Shown: positions 23,712-36,944, counted from the whole stretch's first letter. The stretch: 63,932 nucleotides of DNA, filler included, from Octopus bimaculoides (GCF_001194135.2; 7 parts of 7 records of this genome joined end to end with filler, not necessarily neighbours in it), one strand, 5' to 3'. Made by a program: numbers and translations. Notes: a model not told the origin generated them from the sequence alone.

Positions 23712-23996
23712 CTAGGCGGCCGTGCGTGGGCATGTATTGTCATGCAACAAGAAAAGTTTCTTCGACAATAGGTTTCGACGTTTGGTGCAAATTACTGGCT
23801 TCACGCTGTTGACCAGCAAAGTTCTGTATCTTGCACTGTTGATCGTACACCCATTTTCCAGAGAAGTCGGATCACTAACCTTTGTTCTTCTTTGGTGCAC
23901 ATTTCTAGTGGAGTGGCCATGCTTACAATGTAAAGCCAGAAAGAAAAATGGCGTGATCAGGCTGAGACTTCGCTCATGTGACCATAGTAGTACCAA
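23712..23996 (-). mobile_element. Mariner transposase fragment (catalytic region)
   Basis: LENGCTINSARYRTLL...KRRNLLSKKLFLLHDN matches the mariner TINS.YC..L...KR.GL...V.LLHDNA motif. Confidence 0.88.
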
Positions 23997-24099
23997 CTAT
24001 AAACACCACAATAGTACCAGCGATAAGAAGGCAGTGTGACATTAATAAAGATATGTATATATGTATATATATGCATATATATATATATATATTATTTAT

Positions 24100-24403
24100 T
24101 TATGCGCCCTTTTCAAGCCTAGCCAGGCTTCTGGGCCCGGCTTCCCGGTTTCTATGGCGTATGTGTTCCCCCCCAGCTGGACGGGACGCCAGTCCATCGC
24201 AGCGTTACTCAAGAAACAGGAAGGAAGAGTGAGAGAAAATTGGGGCGAAAGAGTACAACAAGGGTCGCCACCACCCCCTGTCAGAGCCTCGTGGAGCTTT
24301 AGGTGCTTTCGCTCAATAAACACACACAACGCCCGGTCTGGGAATCGAAACCACGATCCTCCGACCGCGAGTCCGCTGTCCTAACCACTGGGCCATTGCG
24401 CCT

Positions 24404-24404
<1 letters not shown>
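24100..24404 (-). mobile_element. tRNA-derived SINE (family 1 head, variant tail)
   Basis: A-box tggcccagtggttagg and B-box gtttcgattcc on -. Confidence 0.85.
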
Positions 24405-24486
<82 letters not shown>

Positions 24487-25062
24487 CTGCAGCCAGTCAT
24501 TGGAGTTCCACACTATCTCTCTCTCTCTCTACACGCGCACACACATACGACAGGTATCTTTCAGTTTCCATCTACCAAACCCATTCACGAGACTTTGGTA
24601 GGTGCGAGGCTATGGTAGAAGGCACTTGCCCAAAGCGCCACACAATGGGACTGAACCTAGAACCATGTATGTGGTTGGCAAGCAAGCTTCTTACCGCACA
24701 GCCACGCCTGCGCCAATATTTCCTTTCATTAATTTTTTTTTTTAACTTTTAGACTAGACTACGGAAAGATAAGCAGAAACCTATTATAAAATACAATCAT
24801 CCAAAATTCATCTGGTTTCATTCACAAACGCTGTAGGATTACCTGTTTACCTTTATATTTAATAAGTTCATTAATGAGAATGGCTTTTAATCTCGAAGCC
24901 ACAAAACGGCATAAATTAACTTCCGCAAAGATGCTGGGTAGTAACAGAGGTTAAATTAGGAGAATTAGATTGGCCTACGAAACGAAACAAAACATCTGCC
25001 TGGCTATATATAAAACCCGATATGAATTATTATTAATTATAATTCTTTCGATTATTAAAACG

Positions 25063-25309
25063 CAGTGGTTCCAGACTGAGTTCCATATGGCCCTTGAGGT
25101 TCCATATAAGATTTATCTGCAATAAACTGGTTATATTTCTACAATACGCAAAATATTTTAGCGATTTTTTTCTTATACAATTCCTAATAATATTTAATTA
25201 TGAAAATACAGTAAGATTTTTTTTATATGCAGCGAATGGTTGTGTAGGTCCAGTTGTGTAAAACTGGAATCAAAGGAGTCTATAGAAAACAAATGGTTCA
25301 GAACCACTG
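25063..25309. mobile_element. Decayed hAT-like MITE
   Basis: TIR cagtggttc...gaaccactg; no intact TSD; related piece at about 39770-39900. Confidence 0.55.
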
Positions 25310-25407
25310 GCATGTGTTATTGTAGTGTATACCTCTGCACATATATATATATATTTTCAAACATGCATACATACATAAATGTATATATACACACTGAAAC
25401 TTTAGAG

Positions 25408-25757
25408 CAGAGATTCTTAAACTTTTGGGGCCACTGCCCCTCCCTCTCATGGCCACATAATACCCCTCAGCGCCCCCACCCCTATTTTTATGTATAAATA
25501 AATATTTTATATTTTACTAATTTATATATATACTATGAATCATTTGATATTTAATATATTATATAATTTATATACAATACTATAATAACATTGTAATAAA
25601 TTCATAGCATCCCCAATCCACTGCCTTCCTCCCAACGCTTCCTTTTTCTCTATCGCACGCACCCCCATCGCCCTCTTAGGCACCAGCGCTCACCTGGACC
25701 GTCTCAATACCCACCAGAGGGGGGTGGGGGTGGTAGCGCCCACATTGAGAACCTATG
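25408..25757. mobile_element. hAT-Charlie-type MITE, 350 bp
   Basis: Degenerate TIR cagagattcttaa/ttgagaacctatg; 8-bp TSD ctttagag/ctctagag fitting the NTCTAGAN preference. Confidence 0.8.
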
Positions 25758-26149
25758 CTCTAGAGTAACGGCTCAATGGACTCCCGTAACGAGATTGCAA
25801 CACTAATTTGGTATTGAGTACTTCTTCACTTGATCGTTGTTTGACAACAGATATGATTAAAATATATTGTATCCTCCTCCTCCTCCTCTTCCTCCACTTC
25901 CTCCTCCTCCTCCTCCTCCTCATCATCATCATCCTTCTCCTCCTCCTCCTCCTCATCATCCTCATCAACATCATCCTCATCATCATCATCATCCTCATGA
26001 TCATCCTCATCATCATCCTCATCATAATCATCCTCATCATCATCCTCATCATCATCATCCTCATCATCATCATCATCCTCATGATGATGATGATGATCAT
26101 CATCATCAAGCTCCCTTCACTGAGGCAGCCAGTCGTTGGAGTTCCACTC

Positions 26150-26560
26150 TAGACGTAGTCTGCCATCGCCACCAGTCTCTGTTCTCTTCCATGCGTAGCA
26201 GGTTCGTTGCTTTGTGACCTGTCCCAGTCTTTGATGTTATCCAATGAAGATTTTTTCGTATCCGCCCCTCTTTTGCCTGCCCTCATGTGTGTCCTGATGA
26301 ACAGTTTCGGACAGGGAGTTGTGGCGGTATACATGACCGTACCAGGCAAGCTTTCGTCCTTTTTTTCCAGCGCAAGGGGTGGTTCCTATTTACCAGAGTA
26401 TTTGTTGACCCACTGCCTAACAAAGCTGTTCGTTTTGCGCTCTGTGTGCAGGATGTGTAGCAGGCTTCGGAAGCACTTGTACAATAGATAATATCTCCAA
26501 TTGGCGAGAAGACACGGGTATAAACGTACAAAAGACGAATAACGTATTATTTTTATATTG
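26150..26560 (-). mobile_element. RTE-clade LINE 3' ORF remnant
   Basis: AWYGHVYRHNSLSETVHQ...KKSSLDNIKDW (frameshifted) matches the RTE WFGHV.RH.SL...W.DNIK.W motif. Confidence 0.8.
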
Positions 26561-26570
26561 ATTACGAAGT

Positions 26571-26917
26571 TTGTTGTTGGCACTCCGTCGCTTACGACGT
26601 CGAGGGTTCCAGTTGATCCGATCAACGGAACAGCCTGCTCGTGAAATTAACGTGCAAGTGGCTGAGCACTCCACAGACACGTGTACCCTTAACGTAGTTC
26701 TCGGGGATATTCAGCGTCACAACAGAAACAGGAAGTAAGAGTGAGAGAAAGTTGTGGTGAAAGAGTACAGCAGGGTTCGCCACAATCCCCTGCCGGAGCC
26801 TCGTGGAGCTTTAGGTGTTTTCGCTCAATAAGCACTCACAACGCCCGGTTTGGGAATCGAAACTGCGATCCTATGACCGCGAGTCCGCTGTCCTAACCAC
26901 TGGGCCATTGCGCCTCC
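26571..26917 (-). mobile_element. Near-full tRNA-derived SINE (family 1)
   Basis: Head with A and B boxes, full body and (CAA)n tail; CpGs retained. Confidence 0.9.
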
Positions 26918-27270
26918 TGATTACGAGGTAATCAAAGGGAAAATAATATCGCAGGACAAGAATTTGCAAGAAGAACTGTGTAGCTCGAGCATGTAATATC
27001 TGAGAGCGCGTGTGTGTTTGGAAGCGTTTGACTTAATGGTCAACTGTAAGACCGTGGGTAAATACGCAAATGTGGCATTATATTAATTTATATCGTTTAC
27101 AAATGGCGCCAACATAATTATAATCATTATCATAATTATGACTATATGAAGGAAAAAATATTTCTCGATAATTATATTTATGGTTATGTTTATATAACAT
27201 CGTTTGTAAATGATAGAATCCTTTCCATTATAGGTACAAAGCGGGGGTTAAGTCAATTATTTCGACCGCA

Positions 27271-27857
27271 ATCCGCAACTAATACTTATTTAATCGACCC
27301 CGAAAGCATCAAAAGCCATGTCGATCTCGGTACAATTCGAATTCAGAATACATACACACGGACGAAAGATCGCTAAACATTTTATTTGGTGCGCCACCGA
27401 TTCTGTCAGCTCGCTCCCTCAAAAGTATAAATGATATATTAGGTTGGTGCATAGTTATTGCGGCTTTTTTTCAATAAATTTTATCCAACAAAAACAATAA
27501 CAATATTTAGCAAAAACATCCTTAAATGATGGTCTGACCGTCTGCCAAGCAAATGGGAAACAGTAATTGAAGTAGATGGTGAATATGCTCCGGAATAATC
27601 ATTTAAAGATGTTTTTGTTACATGTTGTTGTTGTTTTTGTTGAATAAAATTTATTGAAAAAAAGCCACAATAATTATGCACCAACCCAATATATCATTTA
27701 TACCTTTAAGGCAGCGCGCTGACAGAATCGGTGGCGCACCAAACAAAATGCTTAGCGACCTTTCGTCCGTGTGTATGTGTTTTGAATTCGAATTGTACCG
27801 AGATCAACATGACCTTTGATGCTTTCGGGGTCGATTAAATAAGTACTAGTTGCGGAT
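27271..27857. repeat. Inverted duplication (168-bp arms, 92% identity, no indels) centred on a mariner MITE
   Basis: 27271-27438 versus reverse complement of 27690-27857: 13 substitutions by manual alignment. The end coordinates sum to 55128 for both the duplication and the MITE. Confidence 0.92.
27439..27689. mobile_element. Mariner MITE with Hsmar1-like TIRs, 251 bp
   Basis: TA|ttaggttggtgcatagttattgcggc...gccacaataattatgcaccaacccaa|TA. Confidence 0.9.
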
Positions 27858-28255
27858 ACTGTGGTAGCTCTCAATCATGTTCCACGTTACAGCTAACTGT
27901 ATCATTTGATATTTAACTTCTTTGACTACTTGGGGTTGTCACTCACGCTGTAAATGTCTCCGATGGGTAATTCAATATTCGCTTCACTGGAGGGTAATTT
28001 TATCTGGAGTGTATATTAACAATAATTATAACGATAGAGAATATGGAGACTGGTACAGCCTCAAAATTTATTTCCTTATATTTCACAATTTCATATAGCA
28101 TATTTTTATGGTTATGACGACTTGCACGTGTTTCCATTGCACAGAGTATATGCAGTTCGTTATGCAACCTGGCATAATTTTCTGTGCAGCTTCGTCCAGG
28201 GTCTTTCAACCAGCTAGGCTCGAAGCGAACTGAATACAGTTTGTTGTTTGTTATG

Positions 28256-28318
<63 letters not shown>

Positions 28319-28885
28319 GTCTGTCTATCTATCTGTCTTATCTATCTGTCTATCTATCTTTCTCTCTCTCCCCCNNNNNNNNNNNNNNNNNNNNNNNNNN
28401 NNNNNNNNNNNNNNNNNNNNNNNNNNNNNNNNNNNNNNNNNNNNNNNNNNNNNNNNNNNNNNNNNNNNNNNNNNNNNNNNNNNNNNNNNNNNNNNNNNNN
28501 NNNNNNNNNNNNNNNNNNNNNNNNNNNNNNNNNNNNNNNNNNNNNNNNNNNNNNNNNNNNNNNNNNNNNNNNNNNNNNNNNNNNNNNNNNNNNNNNNNNN
28601 NNNNNNNNNNNNNNNNNNNNNNNNNNNNNNNNNNNNNNNNNNNNNNNNNNNNNNNNNNNNNNNNNNNNNNNNNNNNNNNNNNNNNNNNNNNNNNNNNNNN
28701 NNNNNNNNNNNNNNNNNNNNNNNNNNNNNNNNNNNNNNNNNNNNNNNNNNNNNNNNNNNNNNNNNNNNNNNNNNNNNNNNNNNNNNNNNNNNNNNNNNNN
28801 NNNNNNNNNNNNNNNNNNNNNNNNNNNNNNNNNNNNNNNNNNNNNNNNNNNNNNNNNNNNNNNNNNNNNNNNNNNNNNNNNNNNN

Positions 28886-28922
<37 letters not shown>

Positions 28923-29566
28923 TTGCCTTTCTTCCCTGTTTTAAATTGTTAACACGACACGGGTTACCCCGCGAGAAGTGACAAGACTCCTTTGTTACTT
29001 TGCAGACGACAGACGATACAATGCAACGACGAAGTCAGATTCTGAATTGTGTTGTTAAAGGAATTCTACATATTTCTCATCATTCCTCCGAAGGATTGGA
29101 GTGAATATTTAGGTCAAACATTTTTGGGTTATTTCTTGCTTTCTTCATCATTTCAAGATTAATTCGGATGTGTGCTTGTCCTGCCTCCATATACGCACGC
29201 CAGTAATCCGTTGTTGCGTTGTATTTGTATGAATGTGAATGTATGTGTGTTGATGTGTGTGTGTTGATGTGTGTGTTTGTTGGTGTGTGTGTGTGTGCTA
29301 GTGTGTGTGTTTTGTAAGTGTATACGCGTGTATTTTGATAATATTCCCCCCTCTTTTTTCTTTTTTTTCCATGGAAAACACGAAATCTAGAATTCTTTGT
29401 ATCTTATACACAAACAGACGCGCGTATGAACAAACACATATATATGGACTTCGACGCTGATATACACAAATATATACCCTCGAAACTTAGATACACAAAT
29501 CCATAAGAGAAATATTTCATCTATGCTTGTGCAAGTATCTATTCCCTACACTATTTCATCTATGCC

Positions 29567-29604
<38 letters not shown>

Positions 29605-29932
29605 TGTGCATGTACTCGTGGATAGTGGTTGCGTATGGCGTGCGTGTGTGCATGATTGCGCATACATTTTCCCCCCTTTCACTTGTTCTCTGTCATTAAA
29701 CTGCGGCCATGCTGGGGCACCACCTTGAAGAATTGTAGTCGAACGACTACATNNNNNNNNNNNNNNNNNNNNNNNNNNNNNNNNNNNNNNNNNNNNTTAA
29801 TTAATTAANNNNNNNNNNNNNNNNNNNNNNNNNNNNNNNNNNNNNNNNNNNNATGGTAAAGTGATGTATATTGATTTGATATAAAGAATAATAATAAATG
29901 GAGCAAAACGCATGTAATCAATAAGTTCCTTT

Positions 29933-30024
29933 AATTCCTACACATGTTTCAAAAATTATATGCACTCTACTCCAAAGGATTAAGAGATGCTAGTTTATAT
30001 ATATAATTTTATCATCAGGGAACC
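29933..30024 (-). ncRNA. Minimal hammerhead ribozyme motif, homologue of 18810-18893
   Basis: ggttcc-CUGAUGA-u+aaaattatat/atataatttt+u-GAAA-CAUGUG-UA/ggaatt. Core intact; U.U at 10.1-11.1. Upstream flank atggag.aaaacgcatgt shared with the 18.8-kb copy. Confidence 0.7.
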
Positions 30025-31443
30025 ATTTTACAAATGCAAGACTTGTGCTGAATGCTAAGATTACGTACGAGGAATAATACTATATAGCTAAGTTAAATGA
30101 CCGTTAGAAACAAGAACGCTAGTTTACAGGGAGCTGTTTTTGGGAGAGAGGCTAAGAACGCTATACTAAGAGTTTAAATTAAAAGAAGACATAATGAACC
30201 GCAGTGTATTCTTAAAATTAATAATATTCTAATAGATAAGGAAAGATGTGAAATAAAGCTTGATTCGAGAAAGGTGACGAAAGGGAAATAAGAATGAAAT
30301 TTATTATGCAAAATTACTTACGATAGCAAGAACTTTAGTATATACATAAAGATATGTGTGAACTATATAAATATGACTATATGTAGAGTAAAAAATACGT
30401 GCAAGCTTGAGGAGTAAAGAGAGTAGAGATTAACTTACAATGGGGATAACCATTGATATTGTATCATTAAGATACAATAACTTATCCAAATAAATGGCAA
30501 TACTTGATGCAATATCGCAAATTAATAAAAAAAATACGTATGCAATGAATACATATTTAAAGTTATATTGGAATACGTGTCTAACTAAAACTAAAACATA
30601 ATATCCCATCAGGAAAAAACGTGCTACTTTGCATATTACTTTGTAGCACAGAGGTATATTAATATAAGTAGATGTAAAAGTAGGATAGAATATTGAGATA
30701 AAGTATCAATATATCTTCAAAAAAATATACTTATAGATAAAGAAAAAAATGAATTAAACGTGGATTTTGGAGGATTTGGGGGATATGAACGAAGGGTAGT
30801 TAGCATGGAATTTACTTTATAAACTTACTTACGATAACAAAAATCGATAGTATATACGTAAATATACTTAAAACTCTATGAATATAACTTTACGGGGATT
30901 AAACTAACTGTACTAACTTGAGAAGGAAAGAGAGTAGGATCAACTGGCGTTGGAGTTAGATATAATTGTTATTTTAGATATTATGATAATGTTATTATTA
31001 TTGTTATTATAAATATAAAAAATAAATTTATTATTGTTACTATTATTGTTATTATTATTAATATTATTATTAAGGAGATTAATATGTTATAATGGATATT
31101 ATTATTAAGGAGATGGATATGTTATAATAAAATTAATATTACTATTAAAAAAAAGTAAATTAATAAATAAATGAATAAACAATTAAAAGAATTTAAAAAA
31201 TAAAGCAATAGAAAAAAACTAGGTGTATAGGTAGTGGGAGCAGTATGATGGGCAAATTAAAAGAGATATTGATGTCAATGAAGAATTGATATTAAAGTTA
31301 TGGTCCAGTATGTACGATGCAGAGACGCTGCATTAACATATCTGGTTACAAAGGTGGGAAACAAAAATTACAAAGTTATAATTAACTAAAATATATTTGA
31401 GTATGATTATAAATCCAATGGATAAAAAGTACAAAAAGAGTTG

Positions 31444-31512
<69 letters not shown>

Positions 31513-31541
31513 TACAAATGCAAAACAAAAGTCAAACATAA

Positions 31542-31609
<68 letters not shown>

Positions 31610-31750
31610 GAGGACCATCAAGCAATAAGGAAAAGTTGTAGGGATAGACCAAATGAGTAAATGGAGGTAAGTGGAGGAGATTTATTACCTAAATTTAATA
31701 AAAATAAATACAAAGTGGGGTAATTGTACATACCACATGTAAAGTGGCGG

Positions 31751-32800
31751 TTAACTAGTGAGTATGTTAGTAGGTAAAAAAAAGTAACTAAAATTAATAA
31801 AAAGGATGAAATTAATGAAATGAGCTGAGGTGTGTTTCCTCCAATGCTGGCATCTGTATGCTCTCTGTATTATCTGGTTCACTAAATTATTCTTGGAGAA
31901 CAGACTGTGGAATAGCTCCAAGTTACAGAGAGGACAAAAATCTTTACCCTTGTCGTAGGGTATTGAGGTAGCTAGTATTGACCATTCTAAAGAAAATTGC
32001 TTATTGCATTCCTTAACTTTCCAGATTAACTTACTAAGACCGGTACTACTATATTTATTCCTATCCCTAAAAGTTGAGTAATGGTTAGAGATTCTCCTAG
32101 AGACCTGCGAAGAAGAGCAGCCTATGTAATGCAAGACCTCTGTGTTAGTCGTTACCTTACATTGATAAACCACATTTTTGGTCCTAGCATTGCCACTTAA
32201 AAACTTGATTCTATTACAATTAGATTCCGAGATACTAATCTTATTGTTGTAAGAGGTATTGCTATATTTACTAATGTTGTACTTATTACCTATATTTTTA
32301 TCTAAATAACTATTGCTACCATAGGAGTGTGTTGTATTACTGGAGTAATTGTTATTATTATTATTATTATCATAACTATTATTATCATAATTGGTATGGC
32401 TGTCTAGATGCGAATCTAAAAGTCTAAAATTATTTGAAGAAATTATTTGTAACATTTTTTTGTATTAGAAAACCCAAATCTAAGCTTGTATGTGTTGATG
32501 ATTGGCTAATAGTGAGAACCCCTCGGGAAAGTTCCTATTCACCGCGTCGCGGAACTGCAAAACCAAATTGGATTTAATTTGTTTCCCAAATGGGACAATG
32601 AACCAGATGTTATCATCAGATTTAGGTGCAGTGTTGGTATTACTAAAGAATTTAAGATTTTTGTTTTTATTAAGGTATTTAGAGTCGGTTAAGCCTCCTC
32701 TTTTGTGTGAACGATTATCAATAAATGCCTCTTTCTCAGTAAAGTGAAAAGAAGGGGAAGAAATAGAATTAAATTTATCCCTGCTAGTAATGCTAATATC
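31751..32800 (-). mobile_element. Penelope-like element 3' ORF remnant: linker plus GIY-YIG endonuclease
   Basis: IWFIVPFGKQIKSNL..FRDAVNRNFP, frameshift, then NVVYQCKV...HYIGC...RISNH...TGLSKLIW...CPLCNLE...N...CQHWRK. Confidence 0.85.
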
Positions 32801-32841
32801 TTGCTGTACAAATGTTGAAAGATCACTAAATGAATTGATGT

Positions 32842-32902
<61 letters not shown>

Positions 32903-33243
32903 CGACGGATGGATGGATGGATGGATGGATGGATGGACGGATGGATACACACACACAAAAGTTTTCTGGTGCTGTGAGAACACATGGGAATGGCGTGTCC
33001 TTACTTTTTCAAATATACCCAAATTTAAAATGATCTAATATAACGATATCAGTCATTCGGCTTGTGTTGAAATATGCCAAAACAATTTAATTCCACACAA
33101 ATATATTTTACTTTACATATAATTTGTGTTAATTCTATTTACTGAAACTTGCTAAATAACATATTTTGCTTTAAATTGTCTCTTTGTAGACACAATTGTC
33201 AGTAATCATACTGTTTCCATTTCTCTCAGCCAATATTTTTCTA

Positions 33244-33675
33244 TTAACCTTCTTTTGAACTTTGACCATCTGAGAAGAATTGTATCGGAAGATATATTCC
33301 AATTTGTTCAAAATTCTGTCCCTGTGCCTTGTTGCACAGGAAATTGACAGGAAATTGTTTGCGCGTAAATGTAAATGGAAATTCCATTTCTTGAGATACA
33401 TGTGATATTCTTGAGATTAGCAGAGTTGATCTTGCATAAGGACCAGTAGCAACCTCAGTCTCAATAACATGATCATGTAAACCGACAATTATGTAGTGTG
33501 TGTCATTGCAATATCCATTAGTAGCATCTAAATTTCTCAGAAGCATTATGCATCGTTTTTTCTTCATTTTGAGAATGTGTGGTGGAAACCCTGATGGTGT
33601 AAGTTTGTTGATGAACTCGATTGGATACAGAGTTTCATTATTAACCGTATCTGAGCTTCTGTATATTTTTAGCAA
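33244..33675 (-). mobile_element. Helitron PIF1-family helicase C-terminal remnant
   Basis: YPIEFINKLTPSGFPPH...IMLLRNLD...RKQFPV...NKAQGQ...GIYL...F..GQ; small deletions, truncated. Confidence 0.9.
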
Positions 33676-34783
33676 CGAATTAATAGTGTTTATTATTAAA
33701 CATTAAAATCTACTCCACAGTGAATGCAATGAATATTTAAATTTATGAAAAACTGAACGCAGTGAATATTTAAATTTGCGAGAATTTGGAGTTAAAAAAT
33801 TCATTTAACTTCAGAAATCGAAATTATATGCAATTTCATAGAACATGNNNNNNNNNNNNNNNNNNNNNNNNNNNNNNNNNNNNNNNNNNNNNNNNNNNNN
33901 NNNNNNNNNNNNNNNNNNNNNNNNNNNNNNNNNNNNNNNNNNNNNNNNNNNNNNNNNNNNNNNNNNNNNNNNNNNNNNNNNNNNNNNNNNNNNNNNNNNN
34001 NNNNNNNNNNNNNNNNNNNNNNNNNNNNNNNNNNNNNNNNNNNNNNNNNNNNNNNNNNNNNNNNNNNNNNNNNNNNNNNNNNNNNNNNNNNNNNNNNNNN
34101 NNNNNNNNNNNNNNNNNNNNNNNNNNNNNNNNNNNNNNNNNNNNNNNNNNNNNNNNNNNNNNNNNNNNNNNNNNNNNNNNNNNNNNNNNNNNNNNNNNNN
34201 NNNNNNNNNNNNNNNNNNNNNNNNNNNNNNNNNNNNNNNNNNNNNNNNNNNNNNNNNNNNNNNNNNNNNNNNNNNNNNNNNNNNNNNNNNNNNNNNNNNN
34301 NNNNNNNNNNNNNNNNNNNNNNNNNNNNNNNNNNNNNNNNNNNNNNNNNNNNNNNNNNNNNNNNNNNNNNNNNNNNNNNNNNNNNNNNNNNNNNNNNNNN
34401 NNNNNNNNNNNNNNNNNNNNNNNNNNNNNNNNNNNNNNNNNNNNNNNNNNNNNNNNNNNNNNNNNNNNNNNNNNNNNNNNNNNNNNNNNNNNNNNNNNNN
34501 NNNNNNNNNNNNNNNNNNNNNNNNNNNNNNNNNNNNNNNNNNNNNNNNNNNNNNNNNNNNNNNNNNNNNNNNNNNNNNNNNNNNNNNNNNNNNNNNNNNN
34601 NNNNNNNNNNNNNNNNNNNNNNAGCCTGTATGTGGTTGCATGACCTGCTAGAAAAAGTAGTCAAACTTTTTTTATATACAGAATAGAAAAACCTCTGTCC
34701 CGTGATATACACGTAAAGTCCATTATGTCTGGGAAGAAAGACGGAATGATCACAGTTGGGATGTCTTTGATCATATCTGATAA

Positions 34784-34863
34784 AACTCGGGACTAAATCA
34801 GATCCAACTCGGGACTAAATCAGATCCAACTCGGGACTAAATCAGATCCCACTCGGGACTAAA
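34784..34863 (+). repeat. 22-bp minisatellite x3.6
   Basis: aactcgggactaaatcagatcc head-to-tail with no spacers. Confidence 0.9.
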
Positions 34864-35279
34864 CAACAAGTGACGAAGGGAACGAGACGAGGCAACGAGA
34901 GAGCCTTTACCTGGTCGCTCGAGTTACTAAAAAGAGCAACCAAATCTTCCTGACAAAAAGAAAAATGAAATTTCCGTCTTCAAGAAAAAAATAAATAATG
35001 CAAGTTTATATTATTTTATAATGTTCACTAAAGAATTCATTACTTCTAGAAAAGAAAAAGACAAAATGGTCATGGCTGGAACGCCTTTACTCACAGATCC
35101 ATTACAATCAGAGCTATCCTGTGGTTAAAACAATATTCTTCACTGAATGATGAAGCAGTTAAAGTTAAAAAGAAAAGTTGAAAGAGTAAAAGATAGCAAG
35201 TATCCATATTCCAAATATGGAAGGTGTTTATAAGCCATTTAAAACACACAAAAACCATTAGATTCACTTCAACATTTCT

Positions 35280-36560
35280 CGGATGTGTTTGCATACTCGA
35301 AATATAACTTGATAGGTTGTCAAAGGACATTCTATTAGGTTGTCCGGAAAGTTCGTGCCGATTTTTAAAGGAAAGAAAAAGGTCAATAAATACTTGCCAT
35401 TACATTTTTAATCAACCAAATATGAACCATTTTGTTGCACAATGCGTCTCCATCTTTCCTTTAACTTGAAGATCCCCTCTTCCCAGAATTTGAGGTGGTT
35501 TCATGGCAAATAAGTCGAAAGGTAAGCTACTATAAATCGGCACGAACTTTCCGGACAACCCATTACCTGAATTGTCAGTCGGGAAGCATACAATTTCTGT
35601 TTTTGATACGATTTTTTAATTTGTTACGGTCTTTCTTAATTTTGGAGTCAAGATCATAGGTCTTATTTTTTGTTCGTTTTTGTTTATGCTTTTGGGTGTA
35701 ATCAGATAAAGCAGACAGGAGTTTGGACTTAGTAAGTGTAAACTTTGCTTCTAAAGCAACGTCAACATAGGGTGGCATGCATACTCTTTTGTTGAAGGGT
35801 AAGTTGGTAGGGAGACCCTTTTCATATCAAACGATATGTCACGTTTATCATAGAAATAAAGTATGGAATGGTTATTGTCAGATATGTCATGAATGTCAGC
35901 ATTTTGATTGTGGTTAAAGTGTGTTCTCCATCTTAGTTTGGTGAAGCATATCATATACGGCGAACTTCGGAGGGAGTTCAAGGGCAGTGAGTTCATCTAT
36001 ATCCAGTTGTACTCCTCCGTACACTCTTACGTTTCTTGTTAGTTGGTCATCATCTACGGGTTTGTCATTCACAGAGATCCCATCAATCGATTCAGTCATG
36101 TCAAACAGTTTAGTTGATGGGTGGTTGTATGGTAGTTGTATCGTCCATGTTAGTTTTTCTTCAAAGTGTTGTACGCACCTGTTCCATACGGAGTTACATT
36201 CACGACGGAGTAGGTTTTTAATTGTTTCATTTCTTCATTATTAAGTAAGTTCTTCACTTTAGCGAAGGCCCCTCGCTTTTCCTTTTCTTTAGTGACAAGG
36301 TGTATATATAGTTTGGACTTCAGATTCGTCATTAAGATACGTTTTAGTCTCGACGCTTGTCCTTTCTTTAGGTTTAGTGCTTCGACCGATTTGTAAATCC
36401 TTTTCGGGTAAATCTTCAGTGAGATGCATCGTCTAATGAAATGAAGCTGTTGTTTAGCTGTTATTTTTCTCAAGCAGCAAATAACGGCTTTCCTCAGAGT
36501 TTTGGCAGCCTGGCTCAAGCTTTCGGAATTACGGAGATGTACTTGCATAGCAAGTGACCT
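35280..36560 (-). mobile_element. Penelope-like element 5' ORF remnant, truncated at the start of RT
   Basis: QLHFIRRCISLKIYPK..., VQLDIDELTALELPPKFA, KLRWR. After removing the MITE the frame reads CFPTDNSGRM...YISSMQTH (TDK.G motif). Confidence 0.7.
35335..35563 (-). mobile_element. Mariner MITE (229 bp) retaining the transposase C-terminal codons
   Basis: TA TSD; TIR ttaggttgtccggaaagttcgtgccgattt; internal KFWEEGIFKLKERWRRIVQQNGSYLVD*. Confidence 0.92.
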
Positions 36561-36944
36561 GATCTGAGGTCGTGTGCTGGAACGAAAACAATTGCAGCGT
36601 GTGTATATATTCTTACATGTATGTGTGTATATATGTATATATATATATACGGAATTTACAGATGAATGTATGATTGCGTGATAGCAAGTATGTGTGTATT
36701 CTTATACATAGATATGTTCTTCTCAGATTTTATATATAACCTACAAATGTAATTTAATTCATCACCTCATTCATTTTGTACCTTATTCACATTATAATTT
36801 AATCTTTAATCTTTAACTGTATCCTACTTATAACAAACCTGTTAACCCCTCGCCTAGACATATACCATTACTAATCATAAACATTCTGTCTGGCGTGATG
36901 ATTCAAATAATTAACACGTAAAATATCTAAGGCTATACTCTTCC

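Noticed and set aside
26880-26917. tRNA gene-like heads (also 24350-24404, 41870-41941, 45500-45574)
   Set aside because: They continue into SINE bodies and lack a paired acceptor stem, so they are SINE heads, not tRNA genes.
28000-28240. Minus-strand frame VRFEPSWLKDPGRSCTENYARLHNELHILCAME
   Set aside because: No recognisable family, no clear donor and no partner exon; could be a TE relic.
34784-34863. 22-bp repeats as a CRISPR array
   Set aside because: No spacers, eukaryotic context and no cas genes; it is a plain minisatellite.
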